Shown here piece after piece: positions 41,318 through 50,189 of a stretch of 64,000 nt of DNA. This DNA is from an uncultured Candidatus Saccharibacteria bacterium. Lineage in GTDB: Bacteria; Patescibacteriota; Saccharimonadia; Saccharimonadales; Saccharimonadaceae. The position numbers and the translations under genes were made by a program. The notes beneath the pieces are model-generated. The model worked only from the letters and a program-made list of their open reading frames with translations, had not been told where the DNA came from and searched no databases. The DNA lies in assembly GCA_963456375.1 (NCBI GenBank), contig CAUOLH010000005.1, positions 5,912 to 69,911 on the forward strand, given 5' to 3'. Positions within the stretch are counted from its first letter, which is position 1. Each line of letters begins with the position of its first letter.

Positions 41318-41466
41318 AAAACTCCTTCTTACTCCTTATGTTTAAGATTATAACAGTTATCTATAATACTCCTATTTTCCTAATTTGTCAATAGTATTTG
41401 GCCATAATCTTTATAATTCAACAAAAAACGCCCTTTCACGGGCGCGAGCTTGATAATTAGCTAACT

Positions 41467-41541
41467 TGGCTGGGACGGCAGGATTCGAACCTGCGAATGC
41501 TGGGACCAAAACCCAGTGCCTTACCACTTGGCGACGTCCCA
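41467..41541 (-). tRNA. tRNA-Gln (anticodon TTG)
   Basis: TGGGACGTCGCCAAGTGGTAAGGCACTGGGTTTTGGTCCCAGCATTCGCAGGTTCGAATCCTGCCGTCCCAGCCA folds as a cloverleaf with encoded CCA. Confidence 0.98.
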
Positions 41542-41635
41542 TCAAAGCCAGGACATTGCTAATTGTAGCACGCCCAATAAAAAAATTCCATAATCGGTCT
41601 TGCAACCAGACGCCAACATAACGTATAATCTAATT

Positions 41636-42064
41636 ATGAATAACCGTAAGGGTTTTACCATCGTCGAGGTGCTGATTATCATTGCCGTCATCGCTGTTCT
41701 GGCTACCATCGGCGGATTAGCGTGGCGATCGGCTCGTAATAGCTCCATAGATTCTAAGACTAAAACCGACTTGAAAATCATCGCCAACGCTATTGACCGA
41801 TATCATCAAGACAACGGGCAATATCCGGCGCCGACTGGCTGCTATACATCAGGTTGCAGCGGCGGACAATTGGCTGGAGTTTTAATCCCAAAGTACATGA
41901 AAGAATTGCCAAAGGACTATAAAGATAATAATTACCATTACATCGCCAATGGGACGGCGGACAGCTATGCCATACAAGCATATAAGGCAGATGGCAGCGT
42001 ATGTAAATCTGGCAAAAACATGCAGTCTTCTTGGTTTTCATCGGCGCCAGAGTGTAATTTCTAA
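41636..42064 (+). CDS. Type IV pilin / GspG-like pseudopilin
   Basis: RKG|FTIVE class III cleavage motif, hydrophobic helix, Y...NGQYP, C-terminal Cys pair. Confidence 0.92.
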   Translation: MNNRKGFTIVEVLIIIAVIAVLATIGGLAWRSARNSSIDSKTKTDLKIIANAIDRYHQDNGQYPAPTGCYTSGCSGGQLAGVLIPKYMKELPKDYKDNNYHYIANGTADSYAIQAYKADGSVCKSGKNMQSSWFSSAPECNF

Positions 42065-42083
42065 TCTGTTATAATAACTCTTG

Positions 42084-43682
42084 ATGAGACGGCAGATTTT
42101 TGAGACGCTGACACTGGAGAAGATCGTTGGCGGCGGGCAAGCATTAGGAACGCTGGCCGATGGCCGCAAATGTTTCGTATGGGGCGGACTGCCCGGCGAG
42201 ACGGTTACTGTCCGCATTACCAAAAAGAAATCGCACTTCATCGAGGCGATTGTCGAGGAGGTGATCTCGCCAAGCCCCGACCGTATCCAGCCGCGCGATC
42301 CGGATAGTTATCTTTCGACCAGTCCTTGGCAGATTGTGCCGCTCGAGATAGAGCAGGCGTGCAAAAGGCAATTGATCGACGACGCCTTTACGCTGCACAA
42401 TGTTGCATTACCGGCAGCGATTGATATTTATTGCAACAATGTTGCATATGGTTATCGCAACAAAGTTGAATTTAGCTGGTATAGTGAATCAGTAGTGTCT
42501 AAAGAGGTATCTAAGAAAAAATCTGAGCCGGCTTTAGCGAGTCCCGGATCATTTTCTGATGATACCCGAAGGATAGATAATGGTAGCAATCGTGAGAGAC
42601 AATCTGGCGATACACTTGACTTGGCATTTTTCCGCCGCGGCAGCAAGGGTAAGATTGTCGTCGATGGCACAAGTTTGGCACGCCCAGAAATCAACAACTT
42701 GGCGCGGGCGATCCGTGATTTACTGCGCCATAAACGCGTCGCGGCTCGCCAACTCAAGACCTTGCTCGTCCGCTGCGATCAGTCGGGGAGTTGCGTCTGG
42801 CAACTATATATCAAGGATCGCTTGCCCGAAATAATTACCGCTAATGAAGCCGCCACGCTGCCGGCTCAGGGCGGGGAAATTATCTATTCCGATCCGCGTT
42901 CGCCAGCCAGCCGCATCACCGAGCGCTTGGTGTGTTTCGGCAACACCACCCTGACCGACACCATCCTTGGCGTGCCGTTCCGCTACGCCTGCGAAAGCTT
43001 TTTCCAAGTCAATACCCCGGTTTACGAGCAGGCACTGCGCGATATGAAGGAGTGGGTGCCGCGCGATTGCAATAGCCAACACTCGGGTCGGCAGCTCGAG
43101 AACCACCAGAAAAAACCTGAACAGCACGGAACAAACAGTCAGCACGGCTCGTCAAACTCTTTTTCTGAAGGCTTTGCCTTTCCGGCGAGTGTGCGCCAAG
43201 AGCGCCAACTGATTCAGTTAGCGGCGCGCCGGCCTGAAGAGAAAGGTGTTTGTGAGACGGGCGAGCCAACCCTTGATTTCTACGCTGGCGTCGGCACCAT
43301 TGGCCTGACCATTGGCGGCGGCAACGTCACGCTGGTGGAAATCAACGCCGACGCTGTCCGCGAAATGCAGTGCAACATCACTGAGCTTGGCCGCACCGAC
43401 GCCCGCGCTGTCCTCGCTCCCAGCGAACAAGCCCTCGACCATATTACAGGCAAGGAAATCGTCATCGTTGATCCGCCGCGCGCCGGCCTACATCCCGACG
43501 TTATTGCAACATTGTTGCAAAAACTGCCGCCGCGCATCATTTATCTCAGTTGTAATCCCGTCACCCAAGCTCGCGACGTCGCCTTACTCCAACAAAACTA
43601 CCGAATAGTCCACCACCGCGGCTATAATTTTTTCCCGAGAACGCCGCATATTGAACACTTGGTTATCCTTGGTAAAAAGTAA
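42084..43682 (+). CDS. 23S rRNA (uracil-5)-methyltransferase, RlmD/TrmA family, with two in-frame insertions
   Basis: TRAM-like N-terminus, YRNK, SFFQVN, LDFYAGVGTIG, VDPPRAG, YLSCNP, FFPRTPHIE. Confidence 0.92.
   Translation: MRRQIFETLTLEKIVGGGQALGTLADGRKCFVWGGLPGETVTVRITKKKSHFIEAIVEEVISPSPDRIQPRDPDSYLSTSPWQIVPLEIEQACKRQLIDDAFTLHNVALPAAIDIYCNNVAYGYRNKVEFSWYSESVVSKEVSKKKSEPALASPGSFSDDTRRIDNGSNRERQSGDTLDLAFFRRGSKGKIVVDGTSLARPEINNLARAIRDLLRHKRVAARQLKTLLVRCDQSGSCVWQLYIKDRLPEIITANEAATLPAQGGEIIYSDPRSPASRITERLVCFGNTTLTDTILGVPFRYACESFFQVNTPVYEQALRDMKEWVPRDCNSQHSGRQLENHQKKPEQHGTNSQHGSSNSFSEGFAFPASVRQERQLIQLAARRPEEKGVCETGEPTLDFYAGVGTIGLTIGGGNVTLVEINADAVREMQCNITELGRTDARAVLAPSEQALDHITGKEIVIVDPPRAGLHPDVIATLLQKLPPRIIYLSCNPVTQARDVALLQQNYRIVHHRGYNFFPRTPHIEHLVILGKK
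43146..43267. repeat. Degenerate palindromic in-frame insertion in rlmD-like gene
   Basis: GGCTCG..CGAGCC ends, imperfect CAAACTCTTTTTCT / AGAGAAAGGTGTTTG arms, internal AACTGA-T-TCAGTT hairpin. Confidence 0.5.
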
Positions 43683-43789
43683 ACTGCCAAAAAACACCAG
43701 CACTAGCGCAAAAACAATGATTTGACACTGACAATGTACCGCTGATATAGTATTTTAGTACTATCATAAAGGAGGAGAGTTTTACATTT

Positions 43790-44758
43790 ATGACAACAGC
43801 ACCAGAATCGTCAGAAAAAGCACCGCATAAGGCGTCGGATAATGAAGTGCTAGCAAAAATGCTGGCAGGCTGGGAAAGTTTAGAAGCATACCCTGATAGA
43901 AGCATCAAAACCGAAGTCGAATTTGAATCTAATAAAACTCATAGCCCGTTTGAAGAAGTGGAGGCAATTAACGGAAGCAGCCTTGTGGACGGTAGAGTAT
44001 TCTTCAGAGACGCAGTGAAACTAGCCCAGCTAACCATGCAGACTAACCCGGAGACGCTAGACGAAAACCAGAAATTGTTGCTTAATTTTGGCGGGGTTTA
44101 TGTCCTTGTAGGTGAAGATTCCAACCCTAAACAATTGGAACAAGCTTGGGCGCGAGCCATGCGCGGACACTGCAATCAGCAGATAACTGTCGCTGAAAAC
44201 GATACTCCCGAAGCTGCTATTGAATATCCGCTGGTAACACAAACCCTGGACGGTATACCACAAGAGACCCTTGAAGCCGAAGCACAGGAAGACGAGAAAA
44301 AACGCCTAGCCGGAGATGAACAGATAGAACGTGCCGATGCTATTATTAACATGGAAGAAACATACAAAAAGTTAAAAGAAGAAGTATGGGACGTAAAGCT
44401 TACTCTTTACGGCGGTGAAAAGACAGATAACGTCTACGGCGACAGGGAAAATCAAACAGAGGAAAGACAATTCGAATCAGTACGTGACGCTAGAGTCTCA
44501 ATGTCGCGTACTTACGCTATACTGTGGGCAAAACTTATGCAAGCACGCCTTAATGAAAACAGGAATGTAGCCATAGCCGACGTCGCAGAGAAAACTCTTA
44601 ACCGAATAGGTATCACTATCCCTGAAAAACAAACGGGAGAATCAGATCCGCTCGTTATGAGCATGATTTTTGAACTAGAAAGTGAATTTGTATTCGACTG
44701 GGAACATAGTGAAGCATTAGGCAAATGGTTCAATGAAAGACATCGCCCCAACCATTAG
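43790..44758 (+). CDS. Acidic hypothetical protein (orphan-like)
   Basis: 322 aa, SD AAGGAGG, upstream TTGACA...TGATATAGT promoter. Confidence 0.75.
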   Translation: MTTAPESSEKAPHKASDNEVLAKMLAGWESLEAYPDRSIKTEVEFESNKTHSPFEEVEAINGSSLVDGRVFFRDAVKLAQLTMQTNPETLDENQKLLLNFGGVYVLVGEDSNPKQLEQAWARAMRGHCNQQITVAENDTPEAAIEYPLVTQTLDGIPQETLEAEAQEDEKKRLAGDEQIERADAIINMEETYKKLKEEVWDVKLTLYGGEKTDNVYGDRENQTEERQFESVRDARVSMSRTYAILWAKLMQARLNENRNVAIADVAEKTLNRIGITIPEKQTGESDPLVMSMIFELESEFVFDWEHSEALGKWFNERHRPNH

Positions 44759-44786
44759 AGTCAGACCGCTTACAAGGCTAGCGAGC

Positions 44787-44828
44787 AAAAACCCGGCAGG
44801 CATACGATTTGTCTGCCGGGTTGTTTTA
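44787..44828. terminator. Bidirectional terminator
   Basis: AACCCGGCAGGC / GTCTGCCGGGTT inverted repeat between convergent genes. Confidence 0.8.
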
Positions 44829-44841
44829 TTACAACGGCACT

Positions 44842-47259
44842 TTACTTCCGATTTTCTCGGGTGATTAATTTTTTGCCAACACGGCGGGCTAGCCACCACT
44901 GAGCTAGGGCGACGATGACAACCACGGCGATACCCGGCCAGAGCAAGATAATATTTGGCACGGTAAAGTCAAAGAACTGCCTGAGTGGCCCGACACCAAA
45001 GCTCACCAAGGTTACAAGCAGCACGCCTGCCATATACAGCGTCCGCGCCAGGTGCGCCCGCTTATCCAAAATTACACCGAGCATCGGTCCGACCAAAAAC
45101 ACCAGATAAATCCCAAAGAACGTGGCTGTTAGGACGGTCATCGTCGCTGCCTCGGCCGCCTGATTTGGATGCAACGTCACGCCCGACCAATAGGTAAACG
45201 CCACGGTAAGACCCGTCAGCAGCGCGATCGGCGCCACCGCCTGCAAGGTATCGCGCCAGAAATGTGCCGGATTGACCCGATGGCGCGGACGCGGCGGAAA
45301 CAGCGTCCACATAATCGTCGGCATGGTCACCAGGAAAATATTGAGGAAGGTGATGTGCCGCGGCGCGTATGGATAATTCAGCCCGACCAGCATGGTGCTT
45401 AGTAGTAGCACCACGCCGTAAATAATCTTATGGAAGAACAGGGTAGCGATCACTTCGATCGCTTGCATGATCCGATTGCCCAGCTTCATGCCAATCGGCA
45501 GGGATGTAAACGAATTATTGAGTAAAATAATATCCGCCACCCGCCGCGACGCCGGAGCACCCGCGTACATCGCCACGCCGAGGTCGGATTTTTTCAGCGC
45601 CAGCGCGTCGTTGACGCCGTCGCCGACCATGCCAGTGAACTTGCCGGACTGCTTAAAATGAGCGATCAGCCGCTCTTTTTGCTCTGGCAGCACGCGGGCA
45701 AAAATTGTATGTTCATCAGCGGCCTTATTGAAGGCTTTGTCGCTGAGACCCGCCAGCGCCGAGCCGAGGATAGCCTTGTCCGGGTTGGCAATACCCGCCT
45801 GGCGCGCGATGTGCTGAACGGTGCGCGGATTATCGCCGGAAATCACGCGAATGACCACGCCTTGCTCCTGGAGGAACTTGACCGTGTCAATCACACCGTC
45901 GCGCAGGGAATTACGCAAAATCACCGCGCCAATCGCCCGCCCAGAGCCGTCCGGCAGATCCTTGAGTTTCACTGTTTCATCATCAAACTCCGCCAGCATC
46001 AGCACCCGTAGACCGCTGTCCGCCCATTCGTCCAGCTGGCGCTGCGTCATAGCGTCAACCGGCGCTAACTTGGCCACAAACTCCGGCGCCCCCATCATCA
46101 ATGTCCGCACCGCACCGTCGACCTTGGCCCGGACGCCCGCCATCTTGCGCGCCGAAGAAAAGGCCATTACCTCGATGATCTCCGCGTGCTTAGGCGGCGT
46201 GATTTCCGCTAGGATCGCTTGCCCGGTAATATTGCCGCCGCTGGTTTCATGGGCAATGAGGGCGGCTAGCTCGGCAACGTCCGAAGCAGCTTCAGATAAT
46301 TTCATCTCCGAAAATCTACGCGCTGGGCTGCCCGCGGCCGCTTGGGCTGCGGATTTTTCCGAGGTATCCGTGATCGAATTTGCCGATATCATCTCATCAA
46401 ACGCCACCACCCGCTCCAGCGTCACCTCGTCGCTGGTCAGCGTGCCAGTCTTGTCCACCGCCAACAGATTGAGCAGCGCCATCGCCTCAATCGCCGCCAA
46501 TTTCTGCGGCAACACCTTGGCCTGCGCCAGCCGCAGCGAGCCGAACGCCAGCAGCAGGGAACTAGCCAGCAGCAGCCCCTCCGGCACCACCGTTACCGCC
46601 GCCGAGGTAATCGTCTTGAGGATAATCACCACATTATCGCCCGACAAATAATACACGGTAAAGATCAGCGCCGCCAGCACAATCGCGCCGTATGTCAAGA
46701 AGGAAATCGCTCGCCAAATCGCTCGCTGCAATGGCGTCAGCTCTGGCTTGTAGCGTTTCAGGACTTGGCTGATGGCGCCAGCTTTCGTTTGGTCGCCGAC
46801 CGCCGTGACCCGCGCCGTGCCTTCGCCTGCCAACACCGTAGTTGCCGCCAGCACCGTGTCGCCAACCGCTTTCTCAATCGCCGCCGACTCGCCAGTGAGC
46901 ATACTTTCATTGAGCTCCAAGCCCTTCGACACCATCACTGTCGCGTCCGCCGGCAGCTCATCACCAGCCCGTAGGATAATCTCATCGCCCACCACCAGCG
47001 AATCATATGGCACCTCCACCGCCTGGCCGTCACGCAGTACCCGCGCCCTGGGCGCACTCATCAGCTCCAGCCGGTGCAGCACCCGCTTGGCACGAATTTC
47101 CTGAACGATGCCAATCAGCGAATTGACCACGATCACCACCGAAATAAACCAAGCATCCCGGTACTCGCGGACATAAATCAGCGCCCCGGCCAGCAGGAAA
47201 ATCGCCAGCACAATCGGCGACAGTAAATTTCTCTTGATAATATCCAGATAATCTTGCAT
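44842..47259 (-). CDS. Cation-transporting P-type ATPase (CtpE-like)
   Basis: TGES, VPEGL, DKTGTLT, MGAPE, SGDN, GDGVND. Confidence 0.96.
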   Translation of the reverse strand: MQDYLDIIKRNLLSPIVLAIFLLAGALIYVREYRDAWFISVVIVVNSLIGIVQEIRAKRVLHRLELMSAPRARVLRDGQAVEVPYDSLVVGDEIILRAGDELPADATVMVSKGLELNESMLTGESAAIEKAVGDTVLAATTVLAGEGTARVTAVGDQTKAGAISQVLKRYKPELTPLQRAIWRAISFLTYGAIVLAALIFTVYYLSGDNVVIILKTITSAAVTVVPEGLLLASSLLLAFGSLRLAQAKVLPQKLAAIEAMALLNLLAVDKTGTLTSDEVTLERVVAFDEMISANSITDTSEKSAAQAAAGSPARRFSEMKLSEAASDVAELAALIAHETSGGNITGQAILAEITPPKHAEIIEVMAFSSARKMAGVRAKVDGAVRTLMMGAPEFVAKLAPVDAMTQRQLDEWADSGLRVLMLAEFDDETVKLKDLPDGSGRAIGAVILRNSLRDGVIDTVKFLQEQGVVIRVISGDNPRTVQHIARQAGIANPDKAILGSALAGLSDKAFNKAADEHTIFARVLPEQKERLIAHFKQSGKFTGMVGDGVNDALALKKSDLGVAMYAGAPASRRVADIILLNNSFTSLPIGMKLGNRIMQAIEVIATLFFHKIIYGVVLLLSTMLVGLNYPYAPRHITFLNIFLVTMPTIMWTLFPPRPRHRVNPAHFWRDTLQAVAPIALLTGLTVAFTYWSGVTLHPNQAAEAATMTVLTATFFGIYLVFLVGPMLGVILDKRAHLARTLYMAGVLLVTLVSFGVGPLRQFFDFTVPNIILLWPGIAVVVIVALAQWWLARRVGKKLITRENRK
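46271..46386. repeat. Palindromic element inserted in frame in P-type ATPase
   Basis: Core CGCGCTGGGC..GCTTGGGCTGC (46319-46350) resembles the uvrD element core; imperfect arms 46304-46316/46352-46365; outer TCGGCAA/TTGCCGA. Confidence 0.65.
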
Positions 47260-47747
47260 TAATCAGCCTGAATCCTCTTATATCGAAACCGCGCGCCAAC
47301 CCGCCAGCCGCCGCGCGCATCCGGATCGAATTGATAAATCTCGCCGTTTTTTACCTCTGAAATAATACCCAGCGCTGGATTGTACGGCGCCAGCGTCCGG
47401 TAATACAGCAAATCACCGCTTGATATAATTTTCATGCCAGGGAATACACTCTGAAAACGCTCGCGGCCGATGTCGTCAAAATAATTCGGCTGTCCTTTCG
47501 GCGGTAAAAATTCCTCGACCTTCAAACCCATACGGCGCACTATTTTTTTAATATCGGCAAGCGTGGCCGACGATGACGCCTCGACATACACGACCAGGTG
47601 ATTTTTACTCGTCAAGAATACGCTGGCTGCCGCCGTCCGACCAACATCGCTCATCGGTAAAATTATCGACTGAATCTCAACCGAAAAATCAAACTTTTCC
47701 TTGGCAATTTCTTCCAGCGCTAATACGTCATACGTCGTCGTATTCAT
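47259..47747 (-). CDS. Conserved hypothetical protein
   Basis: 162 aa, TAATG overlap with the ATPase gene, TAAAAT 6 nt before ATG. Confidence 0.8.
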   Translation of the reverse strand: MNTTTYDVLALEEIAKEKFDFSVEIQSIILPMSDVGRTAAASVFLTSKNHLVVYVEASSSATLADIKKIVRRMGLKVEEFLPPKGQPNYFDDIGRERFQSVFPGMKIISSGDLLYYRTLAPYNPALGIISEVKNGEIYQFDPDARGGWRVGARFRYKRIQAD

Positions 47748-47860
47748 AATTATATTTTACCACCAACAGCGAATTGCCGCTAATTTACCGGTAATTACGA
47801 TATAATTATTGAAGGTGTCTCACTTAGCTTTATAGACACTATAACAAAGAAAGGTACTTT

Positions 47861-48334
47861 ATGGAATCAACTGAAAATACTGCAGCCAAGTGGGAATGGG
47901 TTAGAGACGAAACAGCCAAACTTGCCTCAAGTATAGCTTCAAAACAGGAGATCATTAAAAGTGTCTCATCTGCTCTTGATAAGCTTATTGCAGACCTTGA
48001 CACTGAGCTTGAGACATTCGAAAGACTAAGCACTCTAGCCGACAAGGAAGTACTACGCGAAGAAAGCGGTACTCTTAATGATGAAACGACTACTATTTCA
48101 GAACCAGAACAAAAGCCAAAACAAACGACTCCTGATACAAAAGAAAAACCGACCAAATCCTCGCCAAGGAAGTCGAATAAAAAGGAACAAGATAAATCGT
48201 CCACAAAAAAATCGATAAAAAAAGACGGATCAAAAAAGAATAGTACAAAACCAAACACACCCTCAAAGCAGACAGAGCTAGAACTAAAAGCTGCCGAAGA
48301 CGACCAGCTCGATCGGCAGGAGAGCCAAAAATGA
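47861..48334 (+). CDS. Hypothetical protein, coiled coil plus K/S/T-rich tail
   Basis: 157 aa, AT-rich, ATGA overlap with the helicase gene. Confidence 0.7.
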   Translation: MESTENTAAKWEWVRDETAKLASSIASKQEIIKSVSSALDKLIADLDTELETFERLSTLADKEVLREESGTLNDETTTISEPEQKPKQTTPDTKEKPTKSSPRKSNKKEQDKSSTKKSIKKDGSKKNSTKPNTPSKQTELELKAAEDDQLDRQESQK

Positions 48335-49713
48335 CATCGCCATCAAGCAATAATGATATTGACACATCTGAACTAAATCAAGAAAAAGTAGACCTCTTTT
48401 GGCGAATGGAACGAACCGATGAAACTATGTATATCACCGGCAAGGCCGGCGCCGGAAAGTCTTATTTGCTAGAGTTTTTCGTAAAACACTCTCGAAAAAA
48501 TGTGGCAGTTGTTGCGCCGACAGGTGTTGCGGCGCTTAATGTTGGAGGACAAACCATTCACTCCTTTTTTGGGTTAGATATTGATGTTCAAAATTTAAAT
48601 GAAATCAAACGCAAAGGAGTCTATGGCAAACGCAAAGTTATACTTGAAGAACTAGATACTCTTGTCATAGATGAAGCTTCAATGGTACGCGTGGATCTAA
48701 TTGACGCCATTGATCTTAAATTACAACTTGCAAACGGCAACGACTTACCTTTTGGAGGCAAACAAGTTATTTTATTTGGAGATCTTTATCAACTCCCGCC
48801 CGTAGTTGAGGCTCAAGTAGACCGATATCTTGAAGATAATTACGGTAGTATATTTTTCTTTGCAACTCCAGTATTTCGTCGTACTCAGATTAACTTTTAT
48901 GAGCTAAAAACGGTATTTCGTCAAAGCGACGCAGCTTTTATCGGCATACTAAACGACATTCGCACTGGTAAGGTCACATCAAATGAACTTGCCGCCTTGA
49001 ATACTCGTTGCGGCTTGCTTGAAAATCGTTCTGTTCACAATAGGTTTGTTACGTTAACGCCAAGAAACGATACTGCAGCACATATTAACCAACAAATGTT
49101 AGACAAGATATCGCGTCCAGAATATACCTATAACGCAACCATCAGTGGTAAATTCAACAAAGGTACTTTTCCGACTGAAGCCGCTCTAAAATTAAAAGTT
49201 GGCACACAGGTTATGATGCTGATAAACGATAACCTTGATGATTCTCAGAAAAAAGGTAACAAAGGAAGGCGCTGGGTAAACGGTACGCTTGGTATTATTT
49301 CTGAACTTGGCAAAGACTACATTAAGGTAATGATAAACAGAGTAGAGCATTCTATAAATCAGCACGAGTGGACTCGCAATGAATACGAATACGATGCCGT
49401 GAAAAAGAAATTAATTTCACGCCCCGTAGCCACTTTCAAACAATTTCCAGTGCGACTAGCTTGGGCGTTAACAATACATAAAGCTCAAGGACAGACATAT
49501 CAGTCTGTAGCCGTAAACCTTGAGGGCGGGGCTTTTGCAGCTGGACAGACTTACGTTGCTCTTTCTAGATGCGTGTCGCTTGAAAACCTGTATCTGACAC
49601 ATCCGATTAAAAGTGGAGATATTATAGTAGACCAGGAAGTAGCAAACTTCATGAGTAAACATGAAGATTTTGACAGTAGCGAACCTAGAGTATACACCAA
49701 ACTTTCTCATTAG
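48331..49713 (+). CDS. PIF1-family (SF1B) DNA helicase
   Basis: GKAGAGKS, APTGVAA, DEASM, FGDLYQLPPV, FRQ, QFPVRLAWALTIHKAQGQT, YVALSR. Confidence 0.95.
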   Translation: MTSPSSNNDIDTSELNQEKVDLFWRMERTDETMYITGKAGAGKSYLLEFFVKHSRKNVAVVAPTGVAALNVGGQTIHSFFGLDIDVQNLNEIKRKGVYGKRKVILEELDTLVIDEASMVRVDLIDAIDLKLQLANGNDLPFGGKQVILFGDLYQLPPVVEAQVDRYLEDNYGSIFFFATPVFRRTQINFYELKTVFRQSDAAFIGILNDIRTGKVTSNELAALNTRCGLLENRSVHNRFVTLTPRNDTAAHINQQMLDKISRPEYTYNATISGKFNKGTFPTEAALKLKVGTQVMMLINDNLDDSQKKGNKGRRWVNGTLGIISELGKDYIKVMINRVEHSINQHEWTRNEYEYDAVKKKLISRPVATFKQFPVRLAWALTIHKAQGQTYQSVAVNLEGGAFAAGQTYVALSRCVSLENLYLTHPIKSGDIIVDQEVANFMSKHEDFDSSEPRVYTKLSH

Positions 49714-49758
49714 CAACAGGCGTATCTATAACAAAGTTTTATTAAAAATCTGCACAAT

Positions 49759-50085
49759 TTACCGGTAAAATCCGTCATCAATCCGCGGGCGGAATTTCTC
49801 AGACGAGTCGTGCGCATCGTTCCATTCGCGTAATTTCTCATAACTGCACGGCGAAATATTTTTAGCAACGCAAAATTCCAACTTTTCAACCCGCGCTTCC
49901 AGCTTCAATACGTCTTTGCTTGTCTCGCCAAACAATTTCAACGAATTGGAGATGGAAATAATTAAAGACAAGCTAAGCATGGCTGTAAATATAATAATCA
50001 GAGCACCGAACCGACCGCATTTGCCGCACTTATTTTGCGTATTTGCCGAATTCTTTGCTGATTGTTTTTTCGCTTTTATTGCCAC
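49759..50085 (-). CDS. Single-TM hypothetical protein
   Basis: 108 aa, SD GGAGG before GTG, one TM helix. Confidence 0.7.
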   Translation of the reverse strand: MAIKAKKQSAKNSANTQNKCGKCGRFGALIIIFTAMLSLSLIISISNSLKLFGETSKDVLKLEARVEKLEFCVAKNISPCSYEKLREWNDAHDSSEKFRPRIDDGFYR

Positions 50086-50189
50086 GGTGAACCTCCGTAT
50101 TACTTATGTTTTAATAATTTAATTATACGCCTCTTTAGTTTTATTAGAAATTTTTAGCCAACGCCAGCGTTATGCAGTAAAATAGTTAT

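Noticed and set aside
45821..46974. Long plus-strand ORFs (276 aa, 210 aa)
   Set aside because: Antisense shadows of the P-type ATPase; the same applies to most short overlapping ORFs in the track
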